Assembly (NCBI RefSeq): GCF_049691595.1
Contig: NZ_JBAVNZ010000334.1
Location: 1 to 62,464 of the forward strand
From: Bradyrhizobium sp.
GTDB lineage: Bacteria; Pseudomonadota; Alphaproteobacteria; Rhizobiales; Xanthobacteraceae
Direction: 5' to 3'
DNA length: 62,464 nt
Shown here in pieces: positions 40,498-48,231 of the stretch. Made by a program: the position numbers and the translations under genes. Numbering within the stretch: the stretch's first letter is position 1; the number at the start of each line of letters is the position of its first letter. A model generated the notes under the pieces. That model had not been told where the DNA came from. It did not search any database and saw only the letters and a program-made list of their open reading frames with translations.

Positions 40498-41159
40498 TGG
40501 CGTTTCGGAACAGATCGGATGCGGGTCGCAGATTGGCTAAGGCGCTTTCGAGCTATAAGGGCCGGCATGTCGTTGTCCTCGCCTTGCCACGTGGCGGTGT
40601 TCCCGTCGCAGCCGAGGTTGCCGCCGCGCTCGATGCCCCGCTCGACTTGATCCTCGTTCGCAAGATCGGGGTACCGACCCAGCCGGAGCTTGCGATGGGA
40701 GCGGTGGTGGATGGTATCGCGCCAATCGTTGTTCGCAATCAGGAGGTAATTGAGCTTTCAGGCACAACAGCGGATGAGTTCGACGCGGCGTATGCAGAGG
40801 AGCTTGCGGAGATCGAACGCCGACGTCAACTCTATATCGGAGAGCGCGCCAGGGCGGAGATCGCGGGGCAGGTAGTGATCGTCATCGACGACGGTATCGC
40901 AACAGGCGCGACGACACGAGCGGCATTGCAGGCAATCCGCAACCGGAAACCGAAAGAACTGGTGCTTGCCGTTCCCGTCGCTCCACGCGACACGATCACG
41001 CAATTGCGCCAGGAAGTCGATGCCTTGATTTGCCTGGAGACGCCGGAATTATTCGGAGCTATCGGATATTTCTATCAGGACTTCCGGCAGGTCAGCGATG
41101 AGGAAGTCGTGGCAACTCTGAAGCGCTTTCCGATCAAGGGTGCGACTTCGGTCAGCTAA
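40494..41159 (+). CDS. Phosphoribosyltransferase
   Basis: FRNRSDAG, LPRGGVPVA, VIDDGIATGAT, YQDFRQVSDEEV. Confidence 0.93.
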   Translation: MMAFRNRSDAGRRLAKALSSYKGRHVVVLALPRGGVPVAAEVAAALDAPLDLILVRKIGVPTQPELAMGAVVDGIAPIVVRNQEVIELSGTTADEFDAAYAEELAEIERRRQLYIGERARAEIAGQVVIVIDDGIATGATTRAALQAIRNRKPKELVLAVPVAPRDTITQLRQEVDALICLETPELFGAIGYFYQDFRQVSDEEVVATLKRFPIKGATSVS

Positions 41160-41338
41160 CGCGGTACCCACTGATCGCCGGCCTTGACGTGGGGTCGCTT
41201 GACCGCCGTCCAGGTGGTGCGGGGAGCGATCTCTTCCTGGAGATCGTCTCCTGCATGAGTCGCGAAGGCATGGTTGAACGCAGCCGGAAGGCGGTCGCTG
41301 ACCGATGCAGGAAGATCGGCATTGGTGCGATAGGGCAC
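41156..41338 (-). pseudogene. ChaB family protein, with probable internal deletion
   Basis: GAGG RBS and GTG; PYRTNADLPASV..AFNHAF..WTAVKR..DQW; the usual AQxIY segment is absent. Confidence 0.65.
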
Positions 41339-41526
41339 GGTTTCCTCACTGGAACGGCAAAGTGAATAGGAAGGGCTGTGCCGCGATCGAAGTGGAATTC
41401 GGCCTGCCTGCTGCGGCGCGCATGCGGAGAGCCAGTCGACCTCTCTGGAAAGGCGATGGTTTCGGAGATCGTCGAGCACCCGCGTAAATCGCGGCGAGCG
41501 TGAAGGGTGTGGCGGCAGGCGCGCAA

Positions 41527-41784
41527 CTATCTTGCGCGTGGCGGCTCCTCGTCCTCGTTCTCCGTGAGGATCGCGATAATTTCTGATGCGACGCCTTGTA
41601 CGGGCTCGCCGGCACCGAATACATCCGGATCGCCTTCGAGCCACACTGATGCTTGTTCGATGTCCGCGATTGTCGGTCGCAGCGACATGATCGCCAGCAT
41701 CTCCGCAGAATCGATATCGCCCAACACGGCCTTGATATCATTTCGTGTCGCCAACGCCGTTCCGTCGGAATTGGACTTTGGCAT
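41527..41784 (-). CDS. Small acidic hypothetical protein
   Basis: GGAGG RBS, 85 aa, FNR box upstream. Confidence 0.7.
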   Translation of the reverse strand: MPKSNSDGTALATRNDIKAVLGDIDSAEMLAIMSLRPTIADIEQASVWLEGDPDVFGAGEPVQGVASEIIAILTENEDEEPPRAR

Positions 41785-41867
41785 CGATGCCTCCTGAGTT
41801 AAGCGGCTCCGTTGATTGTGGCGCCTGCCCTCTGCGGACCAAATGACCAGATTAAGCATCGGCAGGC

Positions 41868-41881
41868 TTGACCAAGATCAA
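41868..41881. promoter_or_regulatory. FNR/FixK box TTGACCAAGATCAA
   Basis: 84 bp upstream of the hypothetical gene. Confidence 0.75.
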
Positions 41882-41992
41882 TCTGCGCGGCTCGCGCGAG
41901 ATTAGGACCAGCAACGCAGCGCGCGCGTCGCAAGGTCGTTCGGTAGCGGACTCCCAAATAAGGCAGACAACTGCGGGTGACGCTTGGACACC

Positions 41993-42226
41993 TCAGACGC
42001 GGTCCTTCGGTCCGGGAAGATCGGACCACTCGAGGCCGAGTGCTTCGCATACTTGACGAACTGAACGCGGGTCGAGTTCGTTGTGCAAACCAACCAGGGC
42101 CATTTCAGCCGTCCGCCCCTCGCGGTGGATTGTCAGAGTGCCGTGACCGCCCCCGCGTCCTTCGTGCTGCGTATCGAAGCGACACCCGTGTTCGATTAGC
42201 CACTTTCGGAACGTCGCGCTTTTCAT
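41993..42226 (-). CDS. HicA-family mRNA interferase-like protein (no HicB nearby)
   Basis: MKSATFRKWLIEHGCRF..GGGH..VRQVCEALGL; 77 aa. Confidence 0.75.
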   Translation of the reverse strand: MKSATFRKWLIEHGCRFDTQHEGRGGGHGTLTIHREGRTAEMALVGLHNELDPRSVRQVCEALGLEWSDLPGPKDRV

Positions 42227-42239
42227 CAGTTCTCTCCGC

Positions 42240-42728
42240 TCAATCGATGATTTTCCCTAGCGCCTTCGCAAACGTCGAAAGCCGGTCGGAATAGCGCCCC
42301 GACAGCGTTTCCCTTTCTGTGATTGCGCAAACGGCGCGAGGCTTCTTGCCGACGATGGCCGTCATCTGCGCAAAGGTGCTTTCGCTACCGCTGCCTCCAA
42401 GGGTACAGAAGAAAGCGACCTCCGGCAGTTGGCTTGCAGTCGCCATTAAATATGCGCGAACCGGGGAGCTTGGCGACCAGGCCCAAACCGGAGTGCCGAT
42501 GATGACCAAATCGTACGATGAGACGTCGTGCTGTTTCGGCGCGATTATGGAAGGACGCCTCCGCCTCGCTTCCAGCAACGATCGTATGTAACCGAAAAAG
42601 CCGGTCCGCTGTTTGGGCTCGGTGATTTCCTCAAAGTCGCATTTGAGGGCCCCGGATAGAGCCTCAGCGATCCTGCGCGTCGTTCCCGACCTCGAATAGA
42701 AGACGACGAGGGTTTTGGAAGTGCTCAT
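42240..42728 (-). CDS. Flavodoxin family protein
   Basis: VFYSRSGTT, GTPVW, FFCTLGG. Confidence 0.92.
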   Translation of the reverse strand: MSTSKTLVVFYSRSGTTRRIAEALSGALKCDFEEITEPKQRTGFFGYIRSLLEARRRRPSIIAPKQHDVSSYDLVIIGTPVWAWSPSSPVRAYLMATASQLPEVAFFCTLGGSGSESTFAQMTAIVGKKPRAVCAITERETLSGRYSDRLSTFAKALGKIID

Positions 42729-42788
42729 TTGAACAATTCCTCACAACAGTTCTTGATACGTATGCAGGCCCAATAAGCGGAGGTGGAA

Positions 42789-42802
42789 TTGACTCAAGTC
42801 AA
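42789..42802. promoter_or_regulatory. FNR/FixK box TTGACTCAAGTCAA
   Basis: 61 bp upstream of flavodoxin-hicA. Confidence 0.8.
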
Positions 42803-42833
42803 GCTACGGCTTTTTCACGCGTAGCCACGCTCA

Positions 42834-43295
42834 TTACTTGCCAACGCCGGGGTGCCGATCGTTCTCGATGGAAGCGAGCAGGCTTGATAGACGGGCTTCG
42901 GCCGCGGCATCGTCTGCCTGCGCGGCGACTGTCGCGGTTCCTCGTTCGGGGCGAATGAACAGGCTGTTGAAGGTTTCAAGATCAATTTCCTGGTCATCCT
43001 CGACCGTCGTGCCCCTACCAGGCCCGCGCGGGCCGATCTCGTCCTCAACGACAATAGTCATTCGCCAGCCGTCGGATGGATGGGCGGGCGCGATCTCCAG
43101 GGTCGCAACAGTGGCGACTTCGCTCAGGTCTTCGCGCTCTTCATCGCCCAGGTGAAATTCTGCGCGCGCGGGGATTTGGCGCACCTCGTTGGTGCGGCGT
43201 GCGACGATCTTCAGCGATGAGGGGATGATCCGATGCTCGGCAGCAATCCAGCGAACGATCTGTTTGGGATCGATATCCAAGGGAAACGGTTCCAT
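42834..43295 (-). CDS. Hypothetical protein
   Basis: 153-aa ORF with GGAGG RBS and typical codon usage. Confidence 0.75.
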   Translation of the reverse strand: MEPFPLDIDPKQIVRWIAAEHRIIPSSLKIVARRTNEVRQIPARAEFHLGDEEREDLSEVATVATLEIAPAHPSDGWRMTIVVEDEIGPRGPGRGTTVEDDQEIDLETFNSLFIRPERGTATVAAQADDAAAEARLSSLLASIENDRHPGVGK

Positions 43296-43340
43296 TCGAG
43301 ATCCTCCGAACTGTTGCCGTTCGTTTAACGCGAGCGGCGG

Positions 43341-44528
43341 TCAATCCCGTTGATCTGGCTCAAGGACAGATGTTGATGGCTCTCTGGTCGACTGGGAGAG
43401 GACGAGCCGGCCGCCCGGATCGAGCACGATGCCGGTGCCGAACCGCAGACATTCCCGGTTGAGCATCTGTTGCAGCCATTCGATGTCTTGCCTCGAAGGG
43501 CGGTTAAGCTGGAAGTTCCTGATTTGAAGAGGGACGATCTCGAACCCGGCGAGAGTTCCGGTCGTCGGTTCGATATCTGCGAAATACATCAGCGGCAGGT
43601 CGCCGCGATATTCTTCGTACCCACGGATACCTTCATAATCATTGAGGAAGTCGCCGCAACCATAGAGAATGAGCCGCTTATGGTAGACCTCGACGGCCTT
43701 CGCGTGATGCGACGAATGGCCGTGAATGATGGACACATCCGCCCTGTCGATGAGCGTGCGTGCGAAGAGCTGTTGATCGGCAGGGATTTCGTAGCCCCAA
43801 TTCGATCCCCAATGAAGCGAGACAACGGCCAGATCGCCCGGCTGCTTGATGCTGGCGATGTATTGCGCGGCGCGCAGCGCGTCCGCCTCGGAAAGCCGGG
43901 TCAGGAGGTTGACGCCGGGGATATCCGTTGTGGCGGCCCAGCTGCGGGGAATGCCGCTCGTCGGAACGCCGAAAGAAAAGACAAGTAACCGCGCCTTGTC
44001 GGCAAGGTCCAGCGCTGCCGGCGCCGCGGCTTCGGAGACATTTCGGCCTGCGCCGGCAGCCTTGATCTTCAGACGCTCCAGTGTCGCCAACGTCTGCAAC
44101 AGACCGCCATGGCCCCAATCGAGGACGTGATTGTTGGCGAGCACACAGCAGTCGATGCCTGCAGCGGAGAGGCAGCCGGCATTCTCGGGACTCATGCGGT
44201 AATTGATGCCCTTTCGGGCGTAGTCGTCGCTACAGGTAATGGCCGTTTCCAGGTTAATGACACGAGCGTCCGGCCGCATCCGATCCAGTTCATCCAGCGC
44301 GGCGCCCCAAACGTATGAGGGCTCGGCGTTTCGGGGAATTGGGCCGTTTGCTTGCTCGGCCAAACTGACGTAGTCCTTTGCCGAAGCGACGTAATCTTCG
44401 TGGAGCGTCGGGTCGCAGGGGTGCGCGAGCACCTGATCAATGCCGCGTCCCGTCATGACGTCGCCGCACAAGAACAGCCTCACTGACCGCCGTGGCGAAA
44501 GGACATTTGATGGCGCCGCGACGTTCAT
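43341..44528 (-). CDS. CapA/PGA_cap family metallophosphatase
   Basis: GDVMTGRG, NLET, ANNHVLDWG, SLHWG, HGHSSHH, YGCGDF. Confidence 0.92.
   Translation of the reverse strand: MNVAAPSNVLSPRRSVRLFLCGDVMTGRGIDQVLAHPCDPTLHEDYVASAKDYVSLAEQANGPIPRNAEPSYVWGAALDELDRMRPDARVINLETAITCSDDYARKGINYRMSPENAGCLSAAGIDCCVLANNHVLDWGHGGLLQTLATLERLKIKAAGAGRNVSEAAAPAALDLADKARLLVFSFGVPTSGIPRSWAATTDIPGVNLLTRLSEADALRAAQYIASIKQPGDLAVVSLHWGSNWGYEIPADQQLFARTLIDRADVSIIHGHSSHHAKAVEVYHKRLILYGCGDFLNDYEGIRGYEEYRGDLPLMYFADIEPTTGTLAGFEIVPLQIRNFQLNRPSRQDIEWLQQMLNRECLRFGTGIVLDPGGRLVLSQSTREPSTSVLEPDQRD
43350..43363. promoter_or_regulatory. FixK2-type box TTGATCTGGCTCAA inside the capA 3' end
   Basis: TTGA-N6-TCAA 55 bp upstream of the 43295 start. 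Confidence 0.55.
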
Positions 44529-44536
44529 GGCTAAAA

Positions 44537-44956
44537 TCAGCTTGGCCAAAGATTGTGCAGCGGCTTCGGCATGGCGGCTTTAGCTTCCTCAAGCTCCGCC
44601 GCGGGTAAACGTGCCGCCAGTGCGGCGAATACCGCGCGAGCGGCTTCTTCTACATCGATGCCGGGGTCGCGATGGACACTGTCATGAATCCGCCCCAGGA
44701 AGGCGCTTCGACTCTTGTCTGCCAGGTGAGCGCCTGGATGCCATCCCTCATAGTAGAGCCCGCGCAACAATGGCGGCAGTTGCGCTCCGATATATACCGC
44801 CTCATCTCGCGGAAGGCTGTTACGCAATGCATGCAGTGTTGCCAGCATAACCAGATAGACCCGCTCGCGGTCGTGCCAACCCAGACGGCGCATGACGTCA
44901 TCGACCCAAACCTCTGTCTCGGATACGGCGACACGGAGATCTTCAAGGGACGGCAT
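44537..44956 (-). CDS. DUF2267 family protein (second copy)
   Basis: LHALRNSL, AQLPPLLRGLYYEGW. Confidence 0.85.
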   Translation of the reverse strand: MPSLEDLRVAVSETEVWVDDVMRRLGWHDRERVYLVMLATLHALRNSLPRDEAVYIGAQLPPLLRGLYYEGWHPGAHLADKSRSAFLGRIHDSVHRDPGIDVEEAARAVFAALAARLPAAELEEAKAAMPKPLHNLWPS

Positions 44957-45006
44957 GACTATCTCCCCAATTATTTGACATTTTCCGCCAAGGCTGGCCC
45001 GCATGT

Positions 45007-45020
45007 TTGCGCAAGATCAA
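45007..45020. promoter_or_regulatory. FixK2-type box TTGCGCAAGATCAA
   Basis: Fits TTG(A/C)-N6-(T/G)CAA; between divergent DUF2267 and archease-rtcB. Confidence 0.7.
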
Positions 45021-45085
45021 GTGATGCTCCTTGTTTGTGGCTTTCCTAGCCGCGACCTTTCACGGCCCTTGGAGGCGTTGGTCGA

Positions 45086-45532
45086 ATGATCACGAGTTCC
45101 GCCTTGCCCGCTGAGCAGAGGGAACAGTGGGAGCACTTTCCGCATGATGCCGACGTCGGCCTGCGGGGGTGGGGTACGACACCCGCCGAAGCGTTCGAGC
45201 AGGCGGCCTACGCCCTGATCGCCGTCGTTACCCGTGCGGAGGTAAATCCGAAAGTCGCCGTTCAGCTGACGTGTGAGGCGCCGGACCTCGAACTGCTATT
45301 CGTCGAATGGCTCAATGCCATCATCTACGAAATGGCCGTTCGCAATATGCTGTTCGGACGTTTTCTGGTCCGAATTGAACATGATCGCCTTGAGGGCACG
45401 CTGTGGGGCGAGCCGGTCGATGTCGAACGGCACGCCCCGGCCTGCGAACCGAAGGGCGCGACCTATACCGCGCTGAAGGTCGCCAAGGACGCGGACGGCA
45501 GATGGTCGGCCGCTTGCATAGTCGATGTATGA
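45086..45532 (+). CDS. Archease
   Basis: WEHFPHDADVG, LFVEWLN, EPKGATY, C-terminal IVDV. Confidence 0.93.
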   Translation: MITSSALPAEQREQWEHFPHDADVGLRGWGTTPAEAFEQAAYALIAVVTRAEVNPKVAVQLTCEAPDLELLFVEWLNAIIYEMAVRNMLFGRFLVRIEHDRLEGTLWGEPVDVERHAPACEPKGATYTALKVAKDADGRWSAACIVDV

Positions 45533-45544
45533 TGGAGGTCTGCG

Positions 45545-46975
45545 ATGGACCCTGCCCGATTTACCCGGGTCGACAACACGACGTGGCGCGTCGAGCGCTC
45601 GGGAACGATGCATGTCCCGGTGGTCATCTACGCTGACGAGAACCTGATCCAGGATATGGATGACAAGGTCTTGGAGCAGGCGGCGAACGTTGCGAGGTTG
45701 CCCGGGATCGTGCAAGCCTCGTATGTCATGCCGGACGCACATTGGGGTTATGGCTTCCCGATCGGCGGCGTGGCGGCGTTCGATCCGGATCGCGGCGGCG
45801 TGATCTCCGCCGGCGGCGTAGGCTTCGACATTTCCTGCGGTGTGCGTACGATGCTGACGGGCCTGTCGGTCGCCGACATCGTTCCAGTGCAGAAGCAGCT
45901 CGCCGATTCACTGTTTCGTCAGATCCCGGCTGGCGTGGGTAGCGAGAGCTCGATCACGCTGGACGTGGCTGAGATGGAAGCCATGCTCGCGCAGGGCGCC
46001 CATTGGGCAGTTGCGCGCGGTTGGGGAGAGATGCGCGATTTTGAAAGGATCGAGGAACAAGGGCGGATGGCTGGTGCCCGGCCCGATTGCGTGTCGGACC
46101 GCGCCAGGGAACGCCAGCGTCGGGAAATGGGAACGCTTGGCTCCGGCAATCATTATCTCGAGGTCCAGGCGGTGGCCGAGATTCTTGACACGACAGTCGC
46201 GGGTATCTTTGGGCTCGCACAGGATGGCGTTGTCGTCACCATTCACTGCGGTTCGCGCGGTCTTGGCCATCAGATCGGAACCGAGTTTTTGAAAGAGATG
46301 GCCGTGACTGCGAAGGAGGCCGGTATCGATCTTCCGGACCGCGAGCTTGCCTGCGCTCCGATCAATTCGGAGGTCGGTCAACGCTATCTCGGCGCGATGC
46401 GGGCAGCGATCAATTGCGCGCTCGCCAATCGCGAGATTCTCGGCCACTACGTCCGTCGCGTCTTCGCGCACTTCTTTCCGAGCAATGATCTGCGTCTTTT
46501 GTTCGATGTCTCGCACAACACTTGCAAGGTCGAGCGTCATCTCGTGGACGGAAAGCTGCGTGATCTGTTCGTTCATCGCAAAGGCGCAACCCGAGCCTTC
46601 GGACCGGATCACGAGAGCTTGCCTGCGGTACTGCGTCCGGTCGGCCAGCCGGTGCTGATTGGCGGCAGCATGGGTACTGGCTCATACGTTCTCGTCGGCG
46701 AAGCGACGAGCGAGACGAAGGCGTTCTCTTCGGCCTGTCACGGGGCAGGCCGTGCGGTCTCCCGCCACGCAGCGCTCAAGCAATGGAGCGGGCGAAAGAT
46801 CGTCGATGACCTCGCGTCACAGGGAGTTCTGATCCGGTCGCCGTCGACACGCGGTGTGGCCGAGGAAGCACCCGGTGCCTATAAGGATGTCGGCGCCGTC
46901 GTGGCTGCCGCCGAGCATGCAGGGCTCGCTCGAAGGGTGGCGCGCCTGCGGCCGCTGGTCTGCATCAAAGGATAG
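45545..46975 (+). CDS. rtcB: RtcB RNA ligase (archaeal/eukaryotic-like, archease-linked)
   Basis: MPDAHWGYGFPIGGV, GFDISCG, GTLGSGNHYLE, HCGSRG, HN, HRKGAT, SACHGAGR, EEAPGAYK. Confidence 0.96.
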   Translation: MDPARFTRVDNTTWRVERSGTMHVPVVIYADENLIQDMDDKVLEQAANVARLPGIVQASYVMPDAHWGYGFPIGGVAAFDPDRGGVISAGGVGFDISCGVRTMLTGLSVADIVPVQKQLADSLFRQIPAGVGSESSITLDVAEMEAMLAQGAHWAVARGWGEMRDFERIEEQGRMAGARPDCVSDRARERQRREMGTLGSGNHYLEVQAVAEILDTTVAGIFGLAQDGVVVTIHCGSRGLGHQIGTEFLKEMAVTAKEAGIDLPDRELACAPINSEVGQRYLGAMRAAINCALANREILGHYVRRVFAHFFPSNDLRLLFDVSHNTCKVERHLVDGKLRDLFVHRKGATRAFGPDHESLPAVLRPVGQPVLIGGSMGTGSYVLVGEATSETKAFSSACHGAGRAVSRHAALKQWSGRKIVDDLASQGVLIRSPSTRGVAEEAPGAYKDVGAVVAAAEHAGLARRVARLRPLVCIKG

Positions 46976-47026
46976 GGATCTGTCCGGGTGCCCCTGAAAT
47001 TGGCAGTTGAGCGGATGGATCATGTA

Positions 47027-47455
47027 TCAGGGAACGACGACGACGGCGCGGGGAGCGAGGCTGACAAGCTTCTGGGACACACTGCCAAGCAGCAGGGCGG
47101 CCAATTGGCCGCGACCGCGCCGGCCTACGACGATCATCTCGACCGGGCCACCGCTGGCGATATCGATCAATGATCGGGTGACGTCACCCCAGCCTACCCG
47201 CAATTCGATCTGCGATACGCCAAGGTGGCGAGCGCGCGCTTCGGCCGCCTTCAGCGTCTGAGTTGTCAATGCTTCCAGCACGTCGCCAATGCTTCCTTCG
47301 GTTCGCGCCAGCTGCTGCGCTTCCTCAAATGCCAGGCTATCCGCAACCGTCACGATCAGCAGATCGCCCGATAACGCTCTGGCGAGTTCCGCCGCCACGT
47401 CAACCGCGCGATCTGCCCCGCTGGATCCGTCAGTGGCCACCATAATATGCCGCAT
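47027..47455 (-). CDS. Universal stress protein
   Basis: VATDGS, VVGRRGRG..LLGSVS; degenerate box at 47507-47520. Confidence 0.93.
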   Translation of the reverse strand: MRHIMVATDGSSGADRAVDVAAELARALSGDLLIVTVADSLAFEEAQQLARTEGSIGDVLEALTTQTLKAAEARARHLGVSQIELRVGWGDVTRSLIDIASGGPVEMIVVGRRGRGQLAALLLGSVSQKLVSLAPRAVVVVP

Positions 47456-47584
47456 GAGATTGTCCTGACTTTCAAGTTTATTCTGATGTGCCGACGGGGC
47501 TCCGCACTGATCTAGCTCAAACCAAATTTTGAATGCCCATAGCTTCGCTCAACCGGGATAACGTGAGGAACTGAATGCCAGAAC

Positions 47585-48043
47585 TTATCGCTGATAGATC
47601 CCGACGAGGGTCGCTTCAGCGATAACATGCTTACGTGCTTCTCGCTCGACCTCGCGGCAGGAGGGCCTGGCGCCGAGCGATAGGTGGTCGACCGAAAGCG
47701 CCAGCAGACGAAACTGATAACGATGCCGACCATGATCGCGGGGCGGGCAGGGACCGCCGTAGCCCACCCGGCGAAAGTCGTTGATGGCCTGCTTGAATCG
47801 CGCGGTGCCGCTGTCATCGCCGGCGCCTTCGGCAAGTCCCGTTTGGTCAGCATCAATGTCGTAAGCGGCCCAATGATGCCATTTGCCGGCGGGCGCATCC
47901 GGGTCGTCACAGAGCAGGACAAAGCTGCGGGTCGTCGATGGTGCCGCTTCCCAATCAAGGGGTGGGGATAGGTCTTCTCCATCGCAGGTGAAACGGCGCG
48001 GGATCGCTGAACCGCCAGAAAAGGCACTTGAGCCAAGCTGCAT
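47585..48043 (-). CDS. YbhB/YbcL (PEBP/RKIP) family protein
   Basis: SPPLDW, DDPDAP..WHHW, YGGPCPP..HRY. Confidence 0.93.
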   Translation of the reverse strand: MQLGSSAFSGGSAIPRRFTCDGEDLSPPLDWEAAPSTTRSFVLLCDDPDAPAGKWHHWAAYDIDADQTGLAEGAGDDSGTARFKQAINDFRRVGYGGPCPPRDHGRHRYQFRLLALSVDHLSLGARPSCREVEREARKHVIAEATLVGIYQR

Positions 48044-48091
48044 TAGCTGCCTCCAGATCGGCAAGACTGTCTCAATCGTGGTCTGGCTCGA

Positions 48092-48105
48092 TTGATCCGG
48101 ATCAA
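48092..48105. promoter_or_regulatory. FNR/FixK box TTGATCCGGATCAA
   Basis: Perfect palindrome 49 bp upstream of ybhB. Confidence 0.8.
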
Positions 48106-48231
48106 GGTTGCGTGCGGGAGTGCGCTGGGCTGTGCCCTCTCACTTCTCCCCGCGTTACGCCGGCGAGGAGGAGCGTATCGAGAATGAGGTCATGGCCTTC
48201 GCGCCGTTACGAATTCCACTCAGCAACGGGT

